Below are positions 10,892 through 22,502 of a stretch of 64,000 nucleotides of DNA, piece by piece (position 1 is the first letter of the stretch; each line of letters opens with the position of its first letter). A model generated the notes under the pieces. The model had not been told where the DNA came from and made no database searches. It was given only the letters and a program-made list of their open reading frames with translations. This DNA comes from Paramoeba atlantica. Its lineage: Eukaryota; Protista; Discosea. The translations under genes and the position numbers were made by a program. The stretch spans positions 18,872 through 82,871 of the forward strand of contig CDRNVI010000152.1 in assembly GCA_977017575.1 (NCBI GenBank), in the 5' to 3' direction.

Positions 10892-13800
10892 TCAATGCAA
10901 TCCGGAAAAACAAACATTCATGTGTCTCTCATGCAGGATTCTCTTGAGAGGCTTGGTCATCACGTCTGCATGTTGTACAGAGGAACAGTGATAAACAAGA
11001 GAAATGGTCTTATTTTCAATCAACTCTCGAATAAAATGCAGTTTAATATCAATGTGCTTGGTTCTTGACTTGATCATCGGGTTGTTTGCAATGTCAATAG
11101 CTTGTTGATTGTCCTCATAAATTAAAATAGGGGTTTTAACCATCAAACCCAGAGTCTCCAACAATTGTTTCAGATACATAATCTCTTTTGTAACCTCAGC
11201 TAATGCATAATATTCAGCATCAGTTGATGAGAGTTTCACAGAAGGGGTTGTCTTGAAACACCAGGAAATCAGATTGGAGCATAAGAAAACCAAATAGCCA
11301 TAGGTGGAGCAACAGTCATATTGATCAGCAAAGGCAGCATCACAAAACACACTCAAATCAACAGTCATCAATTTGGGGTCAAAACCAGCAGGGTGGACAA
11401 ATTTGATTTCCTCATTAGGGCGTCCATTCAGATAAGAAATAAGGTGACAAATAGTGTTCTCAAGTTCTTTGGAGGGACAGGTTTGGAACTTGCAGATCTG
11501 GCCAACAGCATATGAGATATCTGGTCAGGTGTTGGAGGCATACAAGAACTTCCCATTGATCGTGGGGATAGCTATCAGGGCACAATCTTATTTTTGGGTC
11601 AGCAGGGGTCTTGTAGTGGATTCAAACCAGGTGATTGTATTCTTGACAGATCAACTTCACATAATCAGATTGGTCCAAAGAAACTTGAAAGAGCTCATCT
11701 TGCTTGATCTGCATTCCAATCAACCAATCAACTGTGTCAAAGTATTTTAGATCATATTTTCCACACATGTATTCCATGAAGCGCTCGTGCAATTTTATGC
11801 AGGTGGAAAACCAGGTCAAGTCATCTACAATAGCAACCAAAAACATAATTCCATTTGATTCAGCAATCATGAACAGACAAAGATCAACATCATTCCAAAT
11901 GAAGCCAAAAGCCAATAGGGACTCAACCAAATGATTGTACCAGTTTCAACCAGCAGGGGGGTATCCATAAATTCCCTTCAACATCAGCCACACAAAATCA
12001 TTTCCTTTCTCAACAAAACCAGGGGGTTGACTTATATAAACAGGTTTCGTGTCAGGATCAACATCAGCACAAACATATGCTGAGGGTACATCACCACCGT
12101 GGAGCTTACATCCAAATAGGGCAGCCAAACACAGAATGGTTCTCAGAGTGGAGGAGCGGGCAACAGGGGAATACACCTCATTGATGGAATCTGGAATAAA
12201 TGAAGAGCCATTGACACAGTATCGTGACTTGAAGGAAGTAACCTTTCCATGTTGTGTTTTGATGCGATATCTCCACAAACCAGGTAAAATTACCACATTC
12301 GAATAATCGATTTGGTTCTTGTGGACAAGGACAAAAGCTTTCCTTTTCATGAGGGCATCGCACTCTCTCTTCATTGATTCAAGCCATTCACACTTCTCTT
12401 GGGAGGCAATAGCACCTTTGAAAGTTTTCAGGGTCAATGCAGTTGAGATGTCTTCCTCAGCCATGAGAGCAGCTGTCATTGAGATTTCAAAATCATCCCA
12501 TTGTTTCTTCTTCCTTTCTCGAGCAGATCTTCTGGGTTCAGAGGGAGTTTGGGTCAGACTGGGTACAGGTGGGGTAATATCTCGGTCATGTGCACCAGAT
12601 TCATAGAAACCATCTGAATATTCAAAGTTTTCAGGGCCATGGATCAATTCCTCCCCTCCATTTTGGGATTCCTCCTCACAAGGTGTCTCTTCCTCAAGTT
12701 CCTCAAATGAGATAGGTTCAGAAGATGGTTGCAGTCCGAAAAGGTCAATAGGAGGAGCAGAAGATCCACCAATATACTTCTGGTAGAGAGATTGGACACC
12801 AAAGGCAGTCTTGTCAAAAACCACATTAGCAGACTCAAAAAATTTCTTCACAATTGGGTCCCACATGCAGTAAGCAGCCATATTGGGGGCAGGTCACACA
12901 TAAATTCTGAATCGAACTTTGGGCTTCAATTTCTTCTGTTGTTCCTCAGGTAGCAAAGAGAAAGCATAGCAGCCAAAGGCTCTGAAGTACATCCAGTCAG
13001 GTCAGGTTTTGAAGAGAGCTTCCATTGGTGAGATCTTTGCATCGCCATGGACAGTAGATTGGTAATACAAATCAAAGAATTCAGCTGCTTCAGGCCAGAA
13101 GAAGTCAGGACAGCGACCAGAATGGAGGTTGGATCTGATTCCCTCTTGAGAGGTATGGTTGTATCTCTCAGCAATTGTGTTTTGTTCATGCTCAGAACGT
13201 GCAGACCATTGAAGATGGATCCCTTTCTCTTTACAAAATTTCAAAAGTTTTCCATGCTTGCCAATGAACATCACATTGGATAATCTTCACACAAGTGTCG
13301 CATTGTTGTTCCAATTTCACGACAGCAACAATAATATCATCAGCAGCATCATTCTTCAGCTTCAAAGACGAACAGAGAGGATGATGAGATTTGTGTTCAA
13401 TGATTGTCAACCGGTACTTGAAGCCACCAATTCCCACAACATTCAAATACAAAATGTCAATGTGAATAAATTCTCCATAATTGAAATCACGCCGTGGTTC
13501 GATCTTGATATGTGGAGAGCGAGAAAGCTTCCCAGAAACACATCCCAATACACAATCAGTTTTGTCATTGTGGAGCACTCGAGGTAAATTGCGGCCAACT
13601 TGAAGCTCAACAGTCCATTTAATTGAACTAATGTGTCCAGCCTGTAGGTGCCAAATCAAGAAAGATTCGCGGTGTTGGGGATGGAGCTCACGGTTGCAAT
13701 GCTTCTTCTTTCCAAGCAGAGCAGTACCAGGTGATGGGAGTTGGTAAGAGAGGTAGTAGAGGCCATTATTTCATGTTCCAGTTGCAATGACTTCAATCCC

Positions 13801-14382
13801 AGCCAAATCAGATATATTTCCTTTACAAATTAGGACTCGATCTGAATCAAAAAGCATGAACGCATCCAAATCATCACATGTTGAAGAAACAGAGAGAAGA
13901 TCATGGGAGAGGTTTGGAACAAACAAAACTTGACTTAAACTTAAGTCTCTTCCATCTGTGAGGATTGAACCAGTTCCGCGTTTCTCAACAGGTAAAGCAG
14001 AACCGTTTGCTTGGGTTATTGATCCACCAGGGCCAGCAGCGTTATGTTGGATCATGTTAGGGTTGTTTGTGAGGGTAGGAAAAGCGCCAGAATCAACAAT
14101 CATGTGGTGGGAACCATCAGCAGCATGAAGAGCAACAGAGTCATCAGTGACATCCAAAAAACAGAATCCATCCGTAGGTTCATTATAGTGCTCATCAGTT
14201 TGTTGCTCATCAAGAAGAAGATCTTGGACAAACTCAAGGAACTCCTCAGTGGAAGGTTTGGTGTAGAAGGCCATTTTGCAGACGCCAGTCATTGCAAATT
14301 GTGCGAGAAATGCTTCACCAACAGAGGTCTGGGGCTTTCCTTGCTTCTTTCTTTGACATTCATCCTTCCAGTGACCAGTCAC
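10892..14382 (-). pseudogene. Copia pol (protease, integrase, RT, RNase H), frameshifted
   Basis: IVDSGA (PR); WHLQAGH, IHIDIL, NTIAERYN (IN); KSRYCVNG, DVPSAY, LKGIYG, IVDDL (RT); CDAAFA...SSTDAEY...EDNQQA...RTKHIDIKLHFIRE (RH). Confidence 0.95.
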
Positions 14383-15624
14383 CCCACACCAATGGCAATG
14401 ACCTTGACAAACAGTTGAACCACCAGGACGTCAATCACCAGGTTTGAATTTCTTTCCAGTTCTCCAACATTTCTCCTCCTTTGCTTCAGCCAACAAACCA
14501 ACATGTGGTGGGAATCCAAAACTGGATTCCTTGCCATATTTAGATAGGACTTTTTCTTCAAAGTGTGCCAAACTATCAACCAAATCCTCAAAAGATAAAT
14601 CTTTCTGATATTTGAGTGTCTCCATGGGTTGGAACTCAGGACCAAGGCCTCGAAGAAGAAGAGCCATCATACAGTGTTCTGAAACAGGTTCATCATTCTC
14701 AGCAGATTCTATGGCGAGGGCCATACCTCGGGATACATAATCATTGACAGTTTCGTTCTCCTTCTTTTTCAAAGTCATCAACTCGTTCGTGAGGTCCAGC
14801 AAAGATGCCATTGTTTTCTTGTCGTACTCGTCTTCCAACTTGAGCCAAACATGGTGGGGCTTATGCTTGTAAAAGGGTGCAGCAATCTTAAGTTTTGCGT
14901 TCCGCTGCAGACAGACGAACAGGAAGCAATAGACCTTCTTTGCATTAAAACGCATTGCCGATCGCATGCAGTGGACTTGAGGAACTGGGATGAGTAGATA
15001 CTCCGCTAAACCATACGAATCCAAATGATTTGTGATGTCATCCTTCCATTTCCGATACTTCTTCTTGGTTCCATCGAAGGGGTATTGCACCTTCATCAGG
15101 TCTTTGTGGACTTTTCGAGGGTACAACTCAATCTCATCTTCATCTGATGAAAATTCATCAGAGGAATTGCCATAATCATCAGAGCCAAAAGAATCATCGG
15201 AATCAGGTGGGTCAGGATCAGAGTGATCAGGGGGATCTCTCTGAGGCTTCGATGTCAGTGGTGTTGCAGTCTGGTGAGCAGAAGTAGAAGAACAAGAGGC
15301 ATTTGAAGAACAAGGTTGGAAGAGTGGTGTGTCGTCCAATTGGATACTATCCATCCAGTTCTCATTGTCCTTTTCCTTCTCGGTGGGCAGCTGTGACTCG
15401 GGCGTCGCATATGAGTTCCTTTCTGGAACATCAGCAGGTTGATCAGACCCAATCAATGGTGCAAGGACTCCATTCCAACACTTTGATCGTCGTTCAGCAC
15501 GCTCCCCCCTCATGCATGTCGCATCATGCTTCTTGGCAGAGCAAGAAATTGTGTTCATTTCTTCTCGCCTGATTGATCGACGATGCTTCTCAGTCTTGAG
15601 TGATTTCCCGGCCGTTAAATCCAT
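14370..15624 (-). CDS. Copia gag (largely open, frameshift before the CCHC knuckle)
   Basis: 397-aa ORF with gag-like helices (YRKWKDDI, VWLKLEDEY, LLRGLGPEF), followed by CHWCGVTGHWKDEC in the shifted frame. Confidence 0.85.
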
Positions 15625-15653
15625 ACGTAAGTTCAGTCATGGATAGAGCTACA

Positions 15654-15666
15654 GAGACTCTTAATC
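15654..15666 (-). promoter_or_regulatory. Primer-binding site complementary to the anticodon arm of tRNA-Lys(CUU)
   Basis: Plus strand GAGACTCTTAATC abuts the 5' LTR and matches tRNA-Lys(CUU) positions ~28-40. No TGG-type 3'-CCA PBS is present. Confidence 0.6.
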
Positions 15667-15885
15667 TGTTGGAGGTGAAACAGGGAAAATGATAAAACCG
15701 ATGTAAGGCACGAGGGTTTAGAGAGGAAAATGAGAATAAACTTTATTTATGACAAACAAGGTTGCACGAACAAGCAACAATGGAATAGGTGGTTGCATTG
15801 CAATGTTTCAGGAGGATGCGACAATGTCCGGACAACTTCGATGAAACCAGATTTATCTTAATAAGGTTAGAAGTTGCATCCAACA
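15667..15885 (-). repeat. Copia 5' LTR
   Basis: TG...CA repeat upstream of gag; retains 6 CpGs. Confidence 0.97.
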
Positions 15886-16379
15886 CAAATATCCAACCAA
15901 GAAACAACCACCTCTAAAAACCACCAACAAATAACAAACAACAAAACAATAAAACAACAATCCCCCCACAAACAATGCACAATACTCCAGGAACAACAAA
16001 ACACAAAATAAAGAAGAGGGGAAAACCTGGTGTGATAATGAGGACAAAACAATAGTGGTGACAACAACTTGCACAGCAGAAAGTGCCTTTGGTGAGAAGG
16101 TGGAAAATCAGAAAGGTGCCAAGTGTATTTTTCTACCCCATCATGAATTCTCCATTATTGTTTGTGTTAAAAACCACCCACTCCCACTCCCTTCATTCAA
16201 AAGGAAAGTCAATCAAAAAATTCAAAATAAAAAACAAAAGAAAAGGGGAAGGAGGAAAGGGAAAAAAAGAAAAAGGAGGAAAAGAGGGGGAAAAACAAAA
16301 GAGAAGAAGAAAAAAGGTAAAAAAGGGAGAAAAAGGGGAAAGATAAGGAAGAAACAGGAAGAAAAGAAGAAAAAACCTC

Positions 16380-17253
16380 TGATTGAAAGCAGATCAATCA
16401 AAGAAAAGAACCCTTTTCAATGTAATTCCACTCTTTTCTGATAAGAATTGGAAAATGTGGAACACTTTTGTCTCTGTTCTAAAATAAAAGATTAAACAAA
16501 AGAAAAGGAAGGAAGAAAAAAAAAGAAAGAAAAAAAAAAGAGAAAAAACAAAGAAAAAAGAGAAGAAAAAAAAGAAAGAAAAAAACAAGAAAAAAGAAGG
16601 AAAAAAAAGAAAAAAAAGAACCTTGTCTGGTGGGATCTCAAGTCTCCCTGACTCCCTAACTCCTCAGCTCCTCTCTCTCTCTCTCTTTCTCTCTCTCAGC
16701 GAGAATTGAATCATCTTCTGGGACATTCCAATTCTTTGAGGGTCCCAAATTGCTGAAAAATGTCAAAGAAGAAAAAAGAGTTGTTTGAACAAATCAAAAG
16801 GACTTTTTAATTTGTTCATAAAACTCCAAAACATCACCACAAAATCCCTTCAATTGTTCTGTCTTTCTTGTTTTTTGATTATATTGTCATCTAACAGAAA
16901 AAGAAAAAAGAAAAGAAAGAAAAATTAGTTTTTCAATTAAAAAAAAACAAAGAAAAACAAAGAAAAGAAAAAAAACACATCACAAAACACCCAACAAAAT
17001 AAAGGTTTTTGATCTTAAGAAAAAGAGAACGAAAAAAGAAAGAAAAAGAAAAAGAAAAAAGAAAAAATACAGTTGAACAAGATTCATGAGTTGAGTGGTC
17101 ATGTGAATGAATTCTTCCTGAAATACCTACAAAGAGAAAAGAAAGAAAGAAAAAAGAAAGAAAAAAGAAAGAAAGGAGAGGGAAAGAAAGAAAGAAAGAG
17201 AGGAGAGGGAAAGAAAAGAAATAAAAAAAAAAATATTATGAAAGGGAGAGAGA

Positions 17254-17291
<38 letters not shown>

Positions 17292-17890
17292 AAGAGAGGG
17301 AGAGAAGAAAAAGAGAAAGAGAGAGAAAAGTGAGAGAGAAAAGAGAGAGAGAAAGAAAGAAAAGAAAAAAATCATCAGAACAGTATAATTTATTCAAAAA
17401 ATAATCAGAAGAAAAAAAAGAAAAGAAAGAAAAAGAAAAAAGAAAAGAAAAAGAAAAGAAAAACATTTGAAGAAGATCAGAGAGTCGTGCAAAATTAATT
17501 CAACAGGCATTGCCCACTGAGATAGTTGTCTGCCAAAAGCCTTTTTTAACAAATAATAGAGAGAAGAGAGAGAGAAAGAAAAAGCGGAAGAAAAGAGAAA
17601 GAGAAGAGGAGAGGAGAGAGAGAGGAGAGAAGGAGAGAAGGAGAGAAGGAGAGAAGGAGAGAATGAGAAAGAGAGAGAAGAAGAAGAAGAGAAGCAAACA
17701 GAGGCCACCCTCCTCTCCCATTCTCTCTCCCCCCCTCCAAGAACCCCCTCCCCCCTTGAACACACACACACTCTCTCTCTCTGGAACCTTTTCGCTTCCT
17801 CCCTCTCCTCCCTCTCCTTCTTCCCCTCCCTCTTTCGTGAGCCAACAAAAAAAAAACCATCCAGACCCAAAATAGAGGTCCATCATTTCC
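16380..17890 (-). pseudogene. LRR multi-exon gene relic, paralogous to 53.1-57.0 kb
   Basis: Exon-like islands at ~17070-17130 and ~17465-17545 match 54825-54880 and a fusion of the 56500 and 55445 exons. Confidence 0.6.
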
Positions 17891-18396
17891 TGTTTCAGTT
17901 TTTTTTTTGTGGGTTTGTGGTTTTTTCTCCTTCTCTCTTTTTCTCTTTTTCTCAGTTATTTTTCTCTTTTCTTTTGGTGGTTGTATCTCTTTCTTTCTAT
18001 TTTTTTTTCACATCCTTTTCTTTTCCTTTTTTACTTCTTTCTTCTTCAAGACCATCACTCTCTCTCTTTCCTTTTGTTTTTTGTTTTCCGTTTTTTGTTT
18101 TCTGTTTTATGTTTTTCCTTTCAGTCCTGCTCCTTTTATTTTAGATTAAAACAAGTTTTTTATTCTGAGAAAAGAGAGTTGAAACAAGAAGAGAGATTAC
18201 AAAGAAATTCTTTGACAAACCTTTGTCCAAAAACAAAATTGAGGTTTTTTCTTTTTCTCTTCTTTTCCTCTCTTTTTTCTTTTCTCTCTTCTTTCTTTTC
18301 TCTCTTCTTTCCTCTTTCTCTTCTCTCTTCTCTTTTCTTTTTTGTTGATTTTGGATAATTGGATTGATAAAAAGGAGAAAAAAAAGAAGAGAAAGT

Positions 18397-18480
18397 GTCT
18401 TCAGTCATACCCAGTTGAAAGCACCCGATCCCATCAGAACTGCTGTGGGCTCGGTTAGTAGATCCTGAGTGCTGAAGACC
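18397..18480 (+). pseudogene. 5S: 5S rRNA pseudogene (13-nt and 22-nt internal deletions)
   Basis: Matches 44455-44573 except for loss of CGGAAGTTAAGCA and ATGGTGGGTGACCACATTCGAA, plus two CpG transitions. Confidence 0.93.
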
Positions 18481-18764
18481 TTCTCCTTTTCTTTTTTTCT
18501 TTTCTTTTTTTCTTTTCTTTTTTTCTTTCTTTTTTTCTTTGCCCTTTTCTCAATTTTCTTCCCCACCAACCTTCTTTTTCTCTATCTTGATGGTTCCTGG
18601 ATCTTTTTTTTTTCCTTTTTTCTTCTTTTTTTCTTTCCCTTTTTTTTTTCATTTTCTTGCTCCTCCCTCATTCTCCTTTTCTCAAAAATTTGTTTTTTCC
18701 TTCCCCATAGGGTTCATTTTGTTTTTTGTCCCTTTGTGATTGGGTATATTTTTGTAATCATATA

Positions 18765-18815
18765 TTCACACTCTCTGGGTCCGAATTTTCAAATTAAGTA
18801 TCTAGAGAGTATGAA
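18765..18815 (+). repeat. ~50-bp hairpin element, copy 2 (paralog of 44890)
   Basis: TTCACACTCTCTGGGTCCGAATTTTCAAATTAAGTATCTAGAGAGTATGAA. Confidence 0.8.
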
Positions 18816-19000
18816 AACAAATCCAAAAAGAAAAAAAAACAAACATTAGCTCTCTTTTTTCCAGATCAAATCTTCCAATCCCCAGTGGAACAAAAGAATC
18901 ACAATCAACAAACCTCCTCCTCCCTTCCCCTCCTCTTGAGACTTCAAGAGAAGAGAGAGAGAGAAGGACACAAAAAAAATGGAAAATATTTTTCAGAAAT

Positions 19001-19073
19001 GCACTAGTGGCGCAATTGGTAGCGCATCGGCCTTCTGAGCTGGTGGTTGTGGGTTCGAGTCCCTCCTGGTGCT
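19001..19073 (+). tRNA. trnR-UCU: tRNA-Arg(UCU)
   Basis: Cloverleaf: GCACTAG/CTGGTGC acceptor, CT-TCT-GA loop, GGTTCGAGTCC T-arm, oligo-T terminator. Identical to 45115-45187. Confidence 0.9.
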
Positions 19074-21199
19074 TTTTTTCTTTCTCTCTCACCCTTTCTC
19101 TTTTTTTTCTTCACTTTTCTCTTTTTTCTTTCTCTCTCGCCCTTTTCTCTTTTTTTCTTTCACTTTTCTCTTTTTTCTTTCTCTCCCTCTTTCTCTTTTT
19201 TTCTTCACTTTATCTTTTTTTCTTTCTCTCACTCTTTTTCTTTTTTTTTTCTCTCTCACTCTTTCTCTCTTTTTATCTTCTTCTTTTCCTTCAAATTCCT
19301 CTTCTTTTCTCTCTCTTTTTTGTTTTTCAAAGAGAAAAGGGAAAAAAAAAGGAAAAGGATTCAAAAAAGAAAAAAAAAGGAGGAAAAAAAAAGAAAAAAG
19401 GAAAAAAATAAGGGAAAAATAAGAATAAAAGGGAAAGAAAAAAAAGAATAAAAGAAAAAAGGAAAAAATAAGAGATGAAAAAGGAAAAAAGAAACCCAAG
19501 AAAAAAGAAACTCAAAAAAAAGGGGGGGAAGAAGAAAGAAGGAAAAAGACCTCTTGGTTTGAACTGGCGGTGCAGATCACCACAACCCAAGATCACAACA
19601 CACACGGGATCCCTTGAAAAGAAAGTGCCACAACCTGAGACAGGGAACAACAGTATGAATTGTTTTAGAAAAAGGAGAATGAAAGAGGAAAAAAAAAAGG
19701 AGGGGACAACTTTTGAGAAGAGAAAAGAGGGGGAAAAGGGGGAAAAAAAAAGGGAGAAACAAGAAAGAGAGAAACGAAAAAAAAAAAACCAAAGCACAGT
19801 TTATTGAGTTTACAAAGAGCATCTTCCACGGTTTTCGATGTCCTGAAAAATTAAGGGATCTAAATCAGCGGTTCAACCGCTTTTTTTGTTTCTTTTTTTT
19901 TTTTTGGTGAGCAGCAACAGAGAGGAAAGGAAAGAGAAGAGCAGCAGCATAGGTTACAGAAGAGGAGAGAAGAAGAAAGAGAAGAAAGAGAGAGAGAGGA
20001 GGAAAGGGAGGGAAGAGCAGCAGCGCAGGTTACAGAAGAGGAGAGAAGAAGAAAGAGAAGAAAGAAAAGAGAGAGGAAAGGGAGGGAAGAGAAGAAAGAG
20101 AAGAAAGAGAAGAAAGAGAAGAAAGAGAGAGAGAGAGGAAAGGGAGGAAAGGGAGGAAAGAGAAGAAAGAGAAGAAAGAGAAGAAAGAGAAGAAGAGAGA
20201 GGAAGAAAGGAGAGAGGAAACTTTCTTTGGAGAAAGGAACTTTGTGTTTGAAAGGATCTCTTTTTCCTTTGGTTTCTTTTTTTTTTACACTGTTTCTTCT
20301 TTTTTTTCTTTTCTGTTTCTCTCCTTTTTTTTTTCTTTTCTGCTCTTTGATTTCTTTTTATTGCTGTTTTTCACCAAAAGTTGAATTTAGTTGGTAAACA
20401 ACAATAAATTTCTTTTGAAAAGAAAATTTCTGTTTTTTAATCCTTTGTGTGGCAAGTGATTGGGTTGAGAAAATATATATGAACAAGGCTAATGATTTTA
20501 GACAGCAGTGAGATTGAATAATACACATGGTGTGATGTGGATCTACTAAACTTGAGTCCAGTGCACTACTGGAAGAGAAAACCTTCTTTCAAAAAGCAAG
20601 AAGAAGAGCGCTCTGCCTGAAAAGTTTTGTTCAATTTTTGGTCTGTGAATATCATCATTTCTATAATTTTTGTGATTTTTGGCCCTTTCAAGTTCCTTCA
20701 GGACTCTTTGTTCTCTTTGTCTCTTCGATTTCTTCCAGCAGGATTTAGTCTGGGGTGGGGGAACAACCTTCTCTGGTTCCACATTTGGGTCCATGTTTGG
20801 CTCCACTCCAGAGGGTTTTGGGGGGGGTTCTTTGTGGTTGTTCCATCCTCCTGATGAACCCCTCTTCTTTTTCTCTGACCACAACCACGACCACAACCAC
20901 AAGGCAGCGCAAACAGCAAAAAAAAAACCTGAAAAATGCTCTTTCTGTGATTGGTGCTGTGGATCATATTTGTATTTTTGTTCTCTCTCAGTGTTCAACC
21001 AGCGAAGGAAGGTCTGCCAACAACTTTTTTTGCTTTTTTTTTGTATTCTCTGAAATTTCACTTGCAATCACATCATCAATTTCTTGTGAACTCATCTCCA
21101 TTTTCTTTGCAATAGAGAAAGTGGCCAAATATGGATCTGGATCGTAAGAACAAGATTGTTTCTCATTTGACATGCATTTTCAGGCTTACAATTTTTGTT

Positions 21200-21900
21200 T
21201 GGGGTATTCTTCTTGTCTTTGTTTTCAGTTCACCACTCAACTGATAATATGATGTCTCCCCTTGCAGCCATTTTCTCATAGCCATCATTGTCTCTGGGGG
21301 TACTCCTTTTGGATTGGTTTGGAATGTTGTTCCATTGCTCTCCTCCAGCTCCAGGGGTCCTCACCCAAATGGCATTTGAATGTTGTTGCGAACCCTTATG
21401 AACTTTGCAGTGTTCTACCAAAAACACTGACAACTTCCATGGTCTGTCAATCCACAAAGCAAACATCTTGTTCTTCCCTGGAGTCCTGAAAGAAGCTGCA
21501 GATTCAGACCACAATCCTTCCATCAAGTGCCAAAGTCGAAGGAGATGATTCCCACCACAAATAAAAACAAAAAGGTTCTTCTCCCCTCTTTCTCTTTCAA
21601 TCAGTTTGATTCTTAATCCTTTTTGGTACTCCTCAGTATCCTGAACTCTGATCTTTGCTAACTGAGGTTGAGCACTGCAGGATAAAGTTAACCTCAACAA
21701 GAAGAAATCTCTTCACTGTATCATCCCAAACCTGAATGTTTTTCCCAAAATCTTTGAACTTTGCTTTGAACACAGACCCTTGACCAAATTTCTTGATGAA
21801 AGCATTGATGATGTCTCCATCTCACACATCTCTTTGAGCAATCTTGTTTTTCTTGAGTTACAGGTCAAAGAAACGAGTTGTGTACAATCAGGCTTGTTTT
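21200..21900 (-). mobile_element. Degraded gag (zinc knuckles) of the same family as 48.3-49.0 kb
   Basis: FVFICGGNHLLRLW and AKIRVQDTEEYQK align with the 48314-49213 ORF; CpGs lost. Confidence 0.85.
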
Positions 21901-22455
21901 TTTTGTTGATTTTTTTTCCTTTTTATTCTTTTAAGTTCTTCTTTCTCAAAATAAAAACAAGAGAATGAAAGAATCAGAACAGATGAAAGTTCATCCCCCT
22001 CCATCAATTTCTCATTTTGGAACAAAAAGAGGTTCTTCTTCCCCCCCCCCTTTTTTTCTCTTTCTTTCAACTTAAAAACTCTCAACCCACAAACAAAATA
22101 AAAAACAAAATAAAAAAAAATAAAACATTGCAGCACAAACAAAGGACCTAACAAAAACAAACCTCTTGAATGTATTTAGAACAAAAGAATAGGATCTTTG
22201 GAGCGGGTCTTTTCAACTGAAGAGAAAGAGTGACTTGTCAAGAGTACAACATCTTTGTGAAGAAGGGGATGTCATTTCTTGTTTGTTTCTGTTTGTTCAT
22301 TTGTTCAAACTCACATTCAGAGAGAGAAAGAGAGTTCTTTACAAACTGTAAAGGATTTCCTTATTTACATTTACAATTACAATTGAAATTGTTTCCCCCC
22401 CAGCCCCCTCTCCCCAACAAAAATACCAGTTCTTTTTTGTCTTTTTTTCACAAAT

Positions 22456-22502
22456 TCCCTTGTGGTGTAGTCCCACCCTGGGTTCGATTCCTGGCAAGGG
22501 AG
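22456..22502 (+). pseudogene. tRNA-Glu pseudogene with 25-nt internal deletion
   Basis: Equals 24116-24187 minus GGTAACACGGTCGGCTTTCACCCGG, with two CpG->TpG changes; flanks shared. Confidence 0.9.

Larger units (their letters stand above)
10650..15885 (-). mobile_element. Full-length Ty1/Copia LTR retrotransposon (decayed)
   Basis: Two 219-bp LTRs (TGTTGG...CCAACA), 5-bp TSD CAAAT (10645-10649 and 15886-15890), and domain order gag-ZnK-PR-IN-RT-RH on the minus strand. Confidence 0.97.
18397..20548 (+). repeat. Segmental duplication of 44455-46410 (5S, hairpin, tRNA-Arg, conserved islands)
   Basis: Colinear similarity from the 5S gene to 'gtggatctactaa'. Confidence 0.9.

Noticed and set aside
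19868-19887. Bacterial rho-independent terminator
   Set aside because: Eukaryotic locus with no bacterial gene nearby; kept only as part of a conserved island.
20546-21170. Minus-strand ORFs of 130-173 aa
   Set aside because: Stop-riddled relic of an unidentified gene, partly shared with ~46.4-46.7 kb; no recognisable domain.
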